A stretch of DNA of 64,000 nt, from positions 34,383 through 98,382 of the forward strand of contig JAHEBU010000012.1 of assembly GCA_024642115.1 (NCBI GenBank). Direction: 5' to 3'. Position 1 is the first letter of the stretch; every line of letters starts with the position of its first letter. Below are positions 16,977-25,648 of this stretch, one piece after another. A program made the translations under genes and the position numbers. The notes beneath the pieces were generated by a model. The model made no database searches. It was given only the letters and a program-made list of their open reading frames with translations, and was not told the DNA's origin. This DNA is from Marivivens sp. Lineage in GTDB: Bacteria; Pseudomonadota; Alphaproteobacteria; Rhodobacterales; Rhodobacteraceae.

Positions 16977-17642
16977 GTGAGATTTCTTCTGGTCGAGGAC
17001 AGCGTCGATCTGGCCCGGTCCGTGCAAACGCGACTGGCGCTGGACGGGCATGGCGTCGATTGGGCCGATACGTTGGCCTCTGCCGCCGACCATCTGGCGA
17101 CGGCGACCTATGACCTCATTCTGCTCGATATCATGCTGCCCGACGGCGACGGGCGCGACTTTCTGGCGGCCCACCGCGCTGCCCGCCGCGACACGCCCGT
17201 CATCGTCATGACGGCGCGGTCTGCGGTCAGCGACCGGGTGGCGCTGCTGGATACCGGGGCCGACGATTATGTCACCAAACCCTTTGATTTCGCAGAGCTG
17301 GAGGCGCGCGTGCGCGCCGTTCTTCGCCGCCGCGCCGGGGCGGCCCAGACCTTGCAGACCTATGGCGACCTGACGTTCGACCCGCTGTCGGCCACCGTCA
17401 ACGTCGCAGGCGATCCGCGCGAATTGCGCAACCGCGAACTGCGCCTGTTCGAGGTGCTTTTGTCCGGCCCCGACCGAATCTTTTCCAAGGGGCAACTGGT
17501 CGACCGATTGTTCTCGGCGTCTGAAGAGGTCAGCGACAACGCCATCGAGGTGTACGTCGCCCGCCTGCGCAAGAAACTGGATGGATCGACCGCCCGGATC
17601 GAGACCGTGCGCGGTGTCGGCTACCGACTCACCACCGCATGA
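16977..17642 (+). CDS. tctD: OmpR-family response regulator TctD
   Basis: The GTG at 16977 is in frame, with AAGGGG upstream. Receiver domain (LLLDIMLPDGDG) plus winged-helix domain (VRGVGYRL). The upstream part of the 541-aa ORF is antisense to tctC. Confidence 0.85.
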   Translation: MRFLLVEDSVDLARSVQTRLALDGHGVDWADTLASAADHLATATYDLILLDIMLPDGDGRDFLAAHRAARRDTPVIVMTARSAVSDRVALLDTGADDYVTKPFDFAELEARVRAVLRRRAGAAQTLQTYGDLTFDPLSATVNVAGDPRELRNRELRLFEVLLSGPDRIFSKGQLVDRLFSASEEVSDNAIEVYVARLRKKLDGSTARIETVRGVGYRLTTA

Positions 17643-19021
17643 AGACGTTGTTCAACCCCGCCGGATCGATTCGGCGCAGGCTTTTGTGGCTTCTTCTCAT
17701 TGGCGCGGCGGTCCTGTCGGGGCTGCTTTACCTGTCGGTCAGCACCGTTGCCCGCTCGGCGGTCGAAACGACACAGGACAGTATTCTGGGCGCGGCGACC
17801 ATCGCCATCGCCGAACAGTTGCGCGGGGCCGATGACGGGGTCGAAGTTGATATCCCCTACACCGCCTTTTCCATGTTGGGCGCAGTGGGCGAGGACCGGG
17901 TGTTTTACCGCATCCTTGTGAACGGCGAAACGGTCACGGGTTACGATGACCTGCCGCTGCCCGATACGACCCCCGCAGGTCTGACCCCGCGTTATTACTC
18001 GCACCCCTATCAGGACATGATGGTGCGGATCGCCGCCGTTGAACGGCCCGTGCTGGTCTCGTCGCGCAGCGTGGCGGTGCAGGTGCTGGTGGCCCAGACG
18101 CGCACCGCGCAGGACGCCATCGTTGGGCAAATGGCCAACCGGGCGGCGGCACTGGGGCTTGGGTTCTTCGGCGTGGCGGCGGTGCTGGCCGTGGTCACGG
18201 CCCGGTCGGTCGTCCAACCGGTCAATTCTCTGGCCGAGGCGATGGGCCGACGCGGCCCGCAGGACCTGCGCCCCGTGACCCGGCCCGTGCCGCAGGAACT
18301 GACACCTCTTGTCGCCGCCCTCAACGGCTTCATTTCGCGGCTGTCAGGGGCGCTTACCCGTACCGAAACCTTTATCGCCGAGGCGGCCCACCACATCCGC
18401 ACCCCACTGGCGACGCTGCGGGCGCAGGCCGAACTGGCGCTGCGGCAGACCGACGACGACGCGACACGGGCGACCCTGCGCGGGGTGATCCGGTCGGTCG
18501 ATGACAGCGCCCGGTCTGCCAGCCAACTCCTTGAACACGCCGCCGTTGTGTATCGGTCGGACCAGCGGGCGGACGACCGGATCGACCTTGCCGCGCTGGC
18601 GCGTGACATCGGGCAAAGCTTTGGCCCCACCGCCGACCTGCGCGACCTGACACTGGCCGTGCATACCCCCGACAGCCCCGTCTGGTTGACCGCCGACCGA
18701 CTGCTGGTGGAAACGGCGCTGCGCAACCTCGTGGACAACGCCATCAAATATTCCAACCCCGACGGTCAGGTCAGCATCGACGTCGATCAGTCGGCCACCC
18801 ACGCGTCAGTCCGGGTCAGCGACCGGGGCCGGGGGCTGGACGGGGCGCGGCGGTCGCACCTGACTGCGCGGTTCCAGCGGGGGGGCAACGTGGGCGATGT
18901 GGTTGGCACCGGGCTGGGCCTGACCATCGTGCAAGAGGTGGCGCGCGCCCAGAACGGCAGCTTTACCCTGTCGGACCGAACAGGAGGTGGCACATGCGCC
19001 GAATTATCCTTGCCGCTGTGA
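17639..19021 (+). CDS. tctE: Sensor histidine kinase TctE
   Basis: ATGA overlap with tctD. Two TM helices, H-box AAHHIRTPLATL and an HATPase region (DNAIKYS, GTGLGLTIV). Confidence 0.8.
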   Translation: MKTLFNPAGSIRRRLLWLLLIGAAVLSGLLYLSVSTVARSAVETTQDSILGAATIAIAEQLRGADDGVEVDIPYTAFSMLGAVGEDRVFYRILVNGETVTGYDDLPLPDTTPAGLTPRYYSHPYQDMMVRIAAVERPVLVSSRSVAVQVLVAQTRTAQDAIVGQMANRAAALGLGFFGVAAVLAVVTARSVVQPVNSLAEAMGRRGPQDLRPVTRPVPQELTPLVAALNGFISRLSGALTRTETFIAEAAHHIRTPLATLRAQAELALRQTDDDATRATLRGVIRSVDDSARSASQLLEHAAVVYRSDQRADDRIDLAALARDIGQSFGPTADLRDLTLAVHTPDSPVWLTADRLLVETALRNLVDNAIKYSNPDGQVSIDVDQSATHASVRVSDRGRGLDGARRSHLTARFQRGGNVGDVVGTGLGLTIVQEVARAQNGSFTLSDRTGGGTCAELSLPL

Positions 19022-20022
19022 TGGTCCTTGCCGCGCACGCGGCGACGGCATTCCAGATCGAAGAGGAAACGCTGTTCCCCGGCACGCCCAATGGTCGCGA
19101 ACTCAGCATCCTGTCCACCACTGACACCGAAATTTTCCGCCCGCTGATCGACGCCTTTCAACAGGCCAATCCCGGGGTATCCCTGCGCTATTCCGTGGCC
19201 AGCAGCACCGAAGTCTATGCGGCGGTCCACGACGACCACGCGGCCTATGATCTGGTGATCTCGTCGGCGATGGACCTTCAGATGAAACTGGCCAACGATG
19301 GCTACGCGCTAGCGCACCGATCGGCGCAAACCGGGACGTTGCCGGCATGGGCGCGTTGGCGGGATCAACTCTATGCGGTGGCGCAGGAACCCGTCGTGAC
19401 GATCCTGTCGCGCAAGGGGTTCGCGGGGCTTGATCTGCCGCACACACGGGCGGACCTGCTCAGCCTCATGCGGGACAATCCCGACAGGTTTCGCGGGCGG
19501 ATCGGCACCTATGACCCGGCGCGGTCCGGGGCGGGGTATCTGTTCGCCACACAGGACGCCCGGCAATCCGACACGTTCTGGCGTCTGGCCGAGGTGATGG
19601 GGACCCTCGACCCCCGGCTTTACACGGGATCGGCGGACATGATCGGGGACCTGCAATCGGGCCAGTTGATCGTGGCCTACAACGTTCTGGGGTCCTATGC
19701 GGCGGCCAGCCTGCCACCCGACGGCGATGCCATCATCCTCCAGCCTGAGGATTTCACGCATATCCTGCTGCGCACAGCGCTCATCCCCCGCGACGCGCCC
19801 GATCCGGGCTTGGGCGGGGCCTTCCTCGATTTCCTCTTGTCGGACCAGGGGCAAACCCTTCTCGATCAAGTGGCGGGGCTGCCCCGGATCAACGAGGCGG
19901 CGCTGGCTGCCGAACAGAACCTGCGGCCGATCCGGCTTGACCCCGGGCTGCTGGTTTACGTCGATCCGCTCAAACGACAGCGGTTCTTGCGGGAATGGGC
20001 AGCAGCGGTCGTGCAGCCCTGA
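18994..20022 (+). CDS. Periplasmic solute-binding protein (iron(III)/PBP2-type fold), no cognate ABC genes nearby
   Basis: Signal peptide MRRIILAAVMVLAAHAATA. AGGAGG at 18982-18987 lies 6 nt before the ATG. The start sits inside the last 28 nt of tctE. Confidence 0.7.
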   Translation: MRRIILAAVMVLAAHAATAFQIEEETLFPGTPNGRELSILSTTDTEIFRPLIDAFQQANPGVSLRYSVASSTEVYAAVHDDHAAYDLVISSAMDLQMKLANDGYALAHRSAQTGTLPAWARWRDQLYAVAQEPVVTILSRKGFAGLDLPHTRADLLSLMRDNPDRFRGRIGTYDPARSGAGYLFATQDARQSDTFWRLAEVMGTLDPRLYTGSADMIGDLQSGQLIVAYNVLGSYAAASLPPDGDAIILQPEDFTHILLRTALIPRDAPDPGLGGAFLDFLLSDQGQTLLDQVAGLPRINEAALAAEQNLRPIRLDPGLLVYVDPLKRQRFLREWAAAVVQP

Positions 20023-20881
20023 GGGTCAGATGGGCGACCAGCCGGTCCAGCCTGGGACGGCCCGCAAAGGCCACCGGATGCACCAGCACATAGTCCCAGG
20101 TCAGCGGGACCGCGACATTCGACAACCCAGCCAGCGTGCCACGCCCGATCTCTGGATCGGCCAAGCGCGCCGGGGCGAGTGCCACCCCCATCCCGGCCCG
20201 GGCGGCGGCGATGGCTAACGCGGTCTGACCCACCTGCAACCCGGTCCCGTCCGGGGGCAGGCGGGTCAGACCCGCGGCGGCAAACCAGCGGGACCACTCT
20301 GGCTGATTGACGAAATCCGGCCCCCAGACGGTATGGATGAGGGCGGCATCGGGAATGTCGGCCACGGGCCAGCGGGTCGCCAGATCGGGGCGGGCGACGG
20401 CAACATACCGATCGGAAAACAACGGGCGCACCTGATGATCTGGGTAATAATGCGGGCCATAGGTCACCCGCAGATCGACCCCCTGCCGGGCAAAATCCAC
20501 CGGATCCTCTGCCACGCGCACCTCGATCCCGGCGCGGTCGGGATAGTCGGCCAGGGCGGGGATCAGCCACAATTCGGCCAGCGACGACAGGGCGGACACG
20601 ACCAGCCGGGGGCGCTGCGGCCCATCGGACAGATCGCGCATCAGGGCGGTCAGATCGGTGAACATCGACCCCAGCCGGGGATACAGGGCGCGACCCGCCT
20701 CGGTCAGGGTGATCCGGTTGCCCTGTCGCAGGAACAGCTTTTTGGAAATGACCTCCTCCAGCGCCTTGACCTGCTGACTGACGGCGGCGGCAGTCACGCC
20801 CAGTTCAGTCCCCGCGCTGACAAAACTGCCGGTGCGGGCGGCCGCCTCAAAGGCACGCAAGGCGTTCAGGGGCAGGGCCAT
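19970..20881 (-). CDS. LysR-family transcriptional regulator (GcvA-like)
   Basis: N-terminal wHTH LNALRAFEAAARTGSFVSAGTELGVTAAAVSQQVKALE. 303 aa. Divergent from the 2OG-oxygenase gene. Confidence 0.85.
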   Translation of the reverse strand: MALPLNALRAFEAAARTGSFVSAGTELGVTAAAVSQQVKALEEVISKKLFLRQGNRITLTEAGRALYPRLGSMFTDLTALMRDLSDGPQRPRLVVSALSSLAELWLIPALADYPDRAGIEVRVAEDPVDFARQGVDLRVTYGPHYYPDHQVRPLFSDRYVAVARPDLATRWPVADIPDAALIHTVWGPDFVNQPEWSRWFAAAGLTRLPPDGTGLQVGQTALAIAAARAGMGVALAPARLADPEIGRGTLAGLSNVAVPLTWDYVLVHPVAFAGRPRLDRLVAHLTLRAARPLLPIPARTAVV

Positions 20882-20894
20882 CGTCTACCATAAG

Positions 20895-20919
20895 AAAATC
20901 TAAGGGTCCCCAAAATCTA
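20895..20919. promoter_or_regulatory. Direct repeat AAAATCTA-N9-AAAATCTA in the LysR/oxygenase divergent region
   Basis: Copies at 20895-20902 and 20912-20919, in an AT-rich patch next to the LysR start. Candidate regulator site. Confidence 0.25.
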
Positions 20920-20978
20920 GACCCGTTGCACCGGCGCTGTCCACGGTCTTTGATACATCAACTCTACAGGAGGCCCCG

Positions 20979-21767
20979 ATGCGCGATATCCTCGACCTTG
21001 ACCGCTACCCGCTCGGCCAACCCGACAGCCCCGCATGGGTTGCGCTGGTGGATCAATGCCGGGCCGATCTGGCCCGCGACGGGATGTTCAGCCTGCCCGA
21101 CCTGATGGACCCGGGGGTAGCGGGGCAGGCGGCCCGGTCGCTGACCCCGAAATTCGCCAGCGAAAGCTTTCACCACCAGCGCGACCACAACATCTATTTC
21201 CTCAAGGATATCCCCGGCCTGCCCGCCGACCATCCGGCGCAGCAAAAGGTCAAAACGTCGAACCTGACGCTCTGCGGCGATCAGGTCGAGGACAGCCCAA
21301 TGGACCGGCTTTATCACTGGGCCCCGTTTGCCAGTTTTCTGGCCGCCACGATGGACAAACCCGCGCTGTTCCCGATGGCGGACCAGATGGCGGGGCTCAA
21401 CGTCATGTCCTATGCCGAGGGGCAGACGCTGAACTGGCACTTTGACCGCTCCGAATTCACAACGACCATGCTCCTGCAAAAACCAGAAGTCGGTGGTGAA
21501 TTCCTCTACCGGACCGATCTGCGCACGGCGCAGGACCCCAATTATGACGGTGTCGCGCGGTTGCTGAACGGGCAGGACCCCGACATGCGCAGCCTGACCC
21601 TGACCCCCGGTACGCTCAACGTGTTCCGGGGTAAGAACACGCCGCACCGGGTTGTTCCGGTCAAGGGGGCGACGACGCGGGTCATCGCGGTCTTTTCCTT
21701 CTATGAAAAACCGGGGGTGGCCTTCACGCCCGAGGAACGGATCGGCTTTTACGGCCGTGCCCAATGA
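20979..21767 (+). CDS. Fe(II)/2-oxoglutarate-dependent oxygenase-like protein (HxD...H triad)
   Basis: LNWHFDRSEF (H-x-D), a distal NTPHRVVPV His and RVIAVFSF (2OG-binding Arg position). 262 aa. RBS AGGAGG lies before the ATG. Confidence 0.65.
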   Translation: MRDILDLDRYPLGQPDSPAWVALVDQCRADLARDGMFSLPDLMDPGVAGQAARSLTPKFASESFHHQRDHNIYFLKDIPGLPADHPAQQKVKTSNLTLCGDQVEDSPMDRLYHWAPFASFLAATMDKPALFPMADQMAGLNVMSYAEGQTLNWHFDRSEFTTTMLLQKPEVGGEFLYRTDLRTAQDPNYDGVARLLNGQDPDMRSLTLTPGTLNVFRGKNTPHRVVPVKGATTRVIAVFSFYEKPGVAFTPEERIGFYGRAQ

Positions 21768-23020
21768 CCACGTCACAGGTGTTCAAGGACGACCGCAAGG
21801 CAACCTACCTGAACGCGTCCGGGGCCGACAAACCGCTGATCTCGCCGGTGGCACCCGATGTGCTGGACCACGCCCGCCGTTATCGCCTGTCGCGCCTGCG
21901 GGCGCAGATGGCGCAGGCCGAAGTGGGGGCGCTTTTGCTCTACGATCCGGTCAACATCCGCTATGCCTTTGACAGTTCCAACATGCAGGTCTGGACCGGG
22001 CATAACCCGATGCGCTACGCGCTGATCCTGGTGGACGGGCCGGGAATATTGTTTGAATTCAAGGGATGTCTGCACCTGAACGACGATCTGCCCGGCATTG
22101 ACGAGGTCCGGCAATCGATCACATGGATGTTCATGGGGCGGGGGGATCAGACGCCCGGTTTTGTCACCGACTGGGCCGCAGAAATCGCAGGGCTGATGCG
22201 CGACTATGTCCCCGCCAACCTGCGGCTGGCCGCCGACAAGCTCGATATCGAAGGGGTCCGGGCGCTCGAGTCCCTCGGTATTTCGGTGCTGGACGGCACA
22301 CCGCTCACCGAAATCGCCCGGTCGATCAAATCGGCCGACGAAATCACCCTCATGCGTTGGACGATCCGCGTGTGCGAGGCGGGGATGGCCCGCATCTATG
22401 ACCATTCCATCCCAGGCGTGACCGAACGCGAGCTGTGGGCGCATCTGCATTTTGAAAATGCGCGGTCGGGCGGTGACTGGCTGGAAACCAAGCTGTTGAC
22501 GGCAGGCCCCCGCACCAACCCCTGGTATTCGGAATGTTCCGACCGGGCGATCCGGGCAGGCGAGCTGATCAGCTTTGACACCGACATGATCGGCCCCTAC
22601 GGCTATTGCGCCGACCTGTCGCGCAGCTGGACTTGTGGCTATACGCCCATGACCGACACCCAGCGCCGGATCTATGCGACGGCGGTGTCCCAGATCGACC
22701 ATAACCTTGCCCTGATCCAGCCCGGCCGCGACTTTGCCGACTTCAACGCCCACAGTTGGCGGATTCCGGCCGCCCACGTCCCCTACCGCTATTCTCTTGC
22801 CGTGCATGGCGTGGGCATGGCCGACGAATGGCCCGTTTTGCCTCTGCACGTCGATTGGACCGACCGGGTGATGGCAGGGCGGTTCGAACCGGGCATGGTC
22901 CTGTGCGTCGAAAGCCTGATCGCCGAGGCAGGATCGGAATCGGTCAAGCTTGAAACCCAGGTTCTGGTTACCCAAACCGGGTATGAACGGCTGGATACAT
23001 TCCCGTGGGAAACGGCGTGA
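21764..23020 (+). CDS. M24-family metalloenzyme, DddP-like (creatinase/prolidase fold); substrate unknown
   Basis: ATGA overlap with the oxygenase gene. Pita-bread metal ligand pattern (ISFDTDMIGPYGYCADLSRSW, AVHGVGM, CVESLI, KLETQVLV). Stretches LLLYDPVNIRYAFDSSNMQVW and GPRTNPWYSEC resemble DddP as I remember it. Confidence 0.75.
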   Translation: MTTSQVFKDDRKATYLNASGADKPLISPVAPDVLDHARRYRLSRLRAQMAQAEVGALLLYDPVNIRYAFDSSNMQVWTGHNPMRYALILVDGPGILFEFKGCLHLNDDLPGIDEVRQSITWMFMGRGDQTPGFVTDWAAEIAGLMRDYVPANLRLAADKLDIEGVRALESLGISVLDGTPLTEIARSIKSADEITLMRWTIRVCEAGMARIYDHSIPGVTERELWAHLHFENARSGGDWLETKLLTAGPRTNPWYSECSDRAIRAGELISFDTDMIGPYGYCADLSRSWTCGYTPMTDTQRRIYATAVSQIDHNLALIQPGRDFADFNAHSWRIPAAHVPYRYSLAVHGVGMADEWPVLPLHVDWTDRVMAGRFEPGMVLCVESLIAEAGSESVKLETQVLVTQTGYERLDTFPWETA

Positions 23021-23091
23021 CCGAAAGCCGGGTTAACACTTTTATTGTTTTATTTCAGGATATTGATTGGCGTTCAAACGTGAACTCCCCA

Positions 23092-23397
23092 TCAGGGATG
23101 GTCGATCTGCACGGTCTGCCGCAGATGGCTCGTCGCCCGGTCATAGATCAGGATCCGGTCGTCCGAGGTCACCACCGCGAACCAGTCCGTCCCTTGCGTG
23201 AACGCGACCGCCGAAACTCCGCCAGGCAGGCTGATCCTGTCCGGCAGCGGCAGCGGGTCCGCATTCAACCGGATGACAAGGGCCGCGATCAGGGTTAGGA
23301 AGCCCCCGATCATAACCACGGTCAGCCCCGTCACCAGCCGTTTGAGGCCGATCAGATGGGGCGGCAGGCCGCTGTCCTCGTCCGGAGCCTTGCCCAT
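23092..23397 (-). CDS. Hypothetical single-TM membrane protein (101 aa)
   Basis: Internal ATG at 23397. One TM helix (LVTGLTVVMIGGFLTLIAALVI). The rest of the listed 219-aa ORF is antisense to rluD. Confidence 0.55.
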   Translation of the reverse strand: MGKAPDEDSGLPPHLIGLKRLVTGLTVVMIGGFLTLIAALVIRLNADPLPLPDRISLPGGVSAVAFTQGTDWFAVVTSDDRILIYDRATSHLRQTVQIDHP

Positions 23398-24439
23398 GTC
23401 CGCGCCTTCCCTTGCCGAAACCCTGACCTTTCGGATCGACCCCGATCCGCCTGCCCGCCTTGATAAGGCGCTTTCGCGGGATGTGCCACTCGAAGCCGAT
23501 CTGAGCCGGTCCCGCCTGGGCAAACTGATCGAAGAGGGGGCCGTGTCGGTCGACGGCGCGGTCGTGACCGACCCCCGCTTCCGCGTGGCCGAAGGGGCCG
23601 AGATCGCCATCACCCTCGAACCCGCCACCGAAAGCCACATCAGCGGCGAAGATATCGCGCTGGATATCGTATTCGAAGATGACGACCTGATCGTCCTGAA
23701 CAAACCCGCCGGCATGGTCGTGCACCCCGCCCCCGGCACGCCGGGCGGCACGCTCGTGAACGCCTTGATCCATCATTGCGGCGACACCCTGTCTGGCGTG
23801 GGCGGCGAAAAACGGCCCGGCATCGTCCACCGCATCGACAAGGAAACCTCGGGCCTGCTGGTCGTCGCTAAATCCGACCGCGCCCACCACGGCCTGGCCG
23901 CCCAGTTCGAAGCGCATACGGTAGAACGCCGGTATCTGGCGATCTGCTATGGCGTCCCCGATCAGGCCGACCCCCGCCTGCACGGCGTCAAGGGGACGAG
24001 TTTCGAGGCGGGCAATATCCTGAAAATCCAGACCCATCTGGGTCGCCACAAGAATGACCGGCAAAAACAGGCGGTCTATTTCAACCAGGGCCGCCATGCC
24101 GTTACACGCGCCCGCATCGTCGAACCGCTGGGCAACCCCCCGGTCGCCTGCCTGATCGAATGTTGGCTGGAAACCGGGCGGACCCACCAGATCCGCGTTC
24201 ACATGACCCACGCGGGCCACGCCCTGATCGGCGATCCGGTCTATGGCGGCAAACGCAAACTGGCGATCAAATCGGTGGGCGAGGCGGGGCAAGCGGCGGC
24301 GCTGGCCTTTCCCCGGCAGGCTTTGCACGCGGCTACCCTCGGGTTCACTCACCCGGTCACCGACGAAGTCCTTGAATTTCAAGCGCCTTTGCCCGACGAT
24401 TTTGCGGAACTTTTGCACGCTCTTGGCGGTTCAGTTTGA
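23396..24439 (+). CDS. rluD: 23S rRNA pseudouridine synthase, RluD type (S4 domain plus RluA-family catalytic domain)
   Basis: HRIDKETSGLLVVAK catalytic-Asp motif with an S4-like N-terminus. The internal ATG at 23396 gives 347 aa. Confidence 0.8.
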   Translation: MSAPSLAETLTFRIDPDPPARLDKALSRDVPLEADLSRSRLGKLIEEGAVSVDGAVVTDPRFRVAEGAEIAITLEPATESHISGEDIALDIVFEDDDLIVLNKPAGMVVHPAPGTPGGTLVNALIHHCGDTLSGVGGEKRPGIVHRIDKETSGLLVVAKSDRAHHGLAAQFEAHTVERRYLAICYGVPDQADPRLHGVKGTSFEAGNILKIQTHLGRHKNDRQKQAVYFNQGRHAVTRARIVEPLGNPPVACLIECWLETGRTHQIRVHMTHAGHALIGDPVYGGKRKLAIKSVGEAGQAAALAFPRQALHAATLGFTHPVTDEVLEFQAPLPDDFAELLHALGGSV

Positions 24440-24534
24440 AATGATCCATCCCATGTGCGTGAATGCGCGGAAATGTTCCTCGCAACCTGCCGGATGCGCG
24501 TTCATATTACGTTAAAGGATTTGCACTAGGTCCT

Positions 24535-24565
24535 CTTGACTTGGATCGTTAGCGCAACCATCTTG
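24535..24565 (+). promoter_or_regulatory. Candidate sigma-32-type promoter of rpoH (CTTGAC-N16/17-ACCATCTT)
   Basis: Resembles CTTGAA-N13-17-CCCCATNT and lies about 40-65 nt upstream of the rpoH ATG. A strong AAGGAGG RBS is at 24585-24591. Confidence 0.25.
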
Positions 24566-24600
24566 ATGTTAAACCCTTATACATAAGGAGGGGGACATAC

Positions 24601-25497
24601 ATGAGTAGTTATGCCAATCTTCCGGCCCCGTCGCCGGAGCAGGGACTGAATCGGTACCTTCAGGAAATCCGCAAGTTTCCGATGCTGGAACCCGAAGAAG
24701 AATACATGCTGGCCAAGCGCTGGGTGGACCACGAGGATTCTCAGGCCGCCCACAAGATGGTCACGTCGCACCTGCGGCTCGCCGCCAAGATCGCCATGGG
24801 CTATCGGGGCTACGGCCTGCCGCAGGCCGAAGTGATCTCAGAGGCCAACGTCGGCCTGATGCAGGCGGTCAAACGGTTCGACCCTGAAAAGGGGTTTCGC
24901 CTTGCGACCTATGCCATGTGGTGGATCCGCGCCTCGATCCAGGAATATATCCTGCGGTCGTGGTCGCTGGTCAAACTCGGCACGACCTCGGCGCAGAAAA
25001 AACTGTTCTTCAACCTGCGCAAGGCCAAGGCCCGGATCGGCGCATTGGAAGAGGGCGACCTGCGCCCCGAAAACGTGGCCAAGATCGCCCATGATCTGGG
25101 TGTGACCGAGGACGAGGTGGTCAGCATGAACCGCCGCCTGTCGGGGGGCGATGCGTCGCTCAACGCCATGGTCGGCAGCGACGGCGACAGCGCCACCCAA
25201 TGGCAGGACTGGCTCGAGGATGAGGACGCCGATACGGCAACCCATTACGAAGAACAGGACGAAATGACCGCCCGCCGCGCCCTTTTGGCCGAAGCGATGG
25301 ATGTTCTGAACGAACGCGAAAAGGACATTCTGGTCCAGCGCCGGTTGCAGGATGAAACCATCACGCTCGAAGACCTGTCGGCCCGCTATGACGTCAGCCG
25401 CGAGCGGATCCGCCAGATCGAAGTCCGCGCGTTCGAAAAGCTGCAAAAGCGGATGCAGGACCTGGCCAAACAAAAGGGCATGCTGGCGACGGCCTAA
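24601..25497 (+). CDS. rpoH: RNA polymerase heat-shock sigma factor RpoH (sigma-32)
   Basis: RpoH box [12 protein letters not shown] and regions 2-4 of the sigma-70 family. 298 aa. Confidence 0.95.
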   Translation: MSSYANLPAPSPEQGLNRYLQEIRKFPMLEPEEEYMLAKRWVDHEDSQAAHKMVTSHLRLAAKIAMGYRGYGLPQAEVISEANVGLMQAVKRFDPEKGFRLATYAMWWIRASIQEYILRSWSLVKLGTTSAQKKLFFNLRKAKARIGALEEGDLRPENVAKIAHDLGVTEDEVVSMNRRLSGGDASLNAMVGSDGDSATQWQDWLEDEDADTATHYEEQDEMTARRALLAEAMDVLNEREKDILVQRRLQDETITLEDLSARYDVSRERIRQIEVRAFEKLQKRMQDLAKQKGMLATA

Positions 25498-25528
25498 GGT
25501 CGGGCTGTCCGTCAGACGACAAACAAAT

Positions 25529-25563
25529 AGCCCCGCTGGCCAGACCGGCGGGGCTTTTGTTTT
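25529..25563 (+). terminator. Intrinsic terminator of rpoH
   Basis: AGCCCCGCTGG-loop-CCGGCGGGGCT forms an 11-bp stem with one G-T pair. It is followed by TTTTGTTTT, 32 nt after the stop. Confidence 0.7.
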
Positions 25564-25648
25564 GGATGGATGTCATATCGTCATGGCAGCCCGGCGGCCC
25601 TTGCCGACCCCTGATTGACCAAAAACGCGTCAGCGCCAACCAAAAGCC

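Noticed and set aside
21764-23020. Calling the M24 protein a bona fide DMSP lyase (dddP)
   Set aside because: The similarity is judged from memory of DddP sequence blocks only. Roseobacter-group genomes carry DddP-like paralogs of unknown activity, and the coupled 2OG-oxygenase is not part of known DddP loci. It is therefore left as DddP-like, with no gene symbol.
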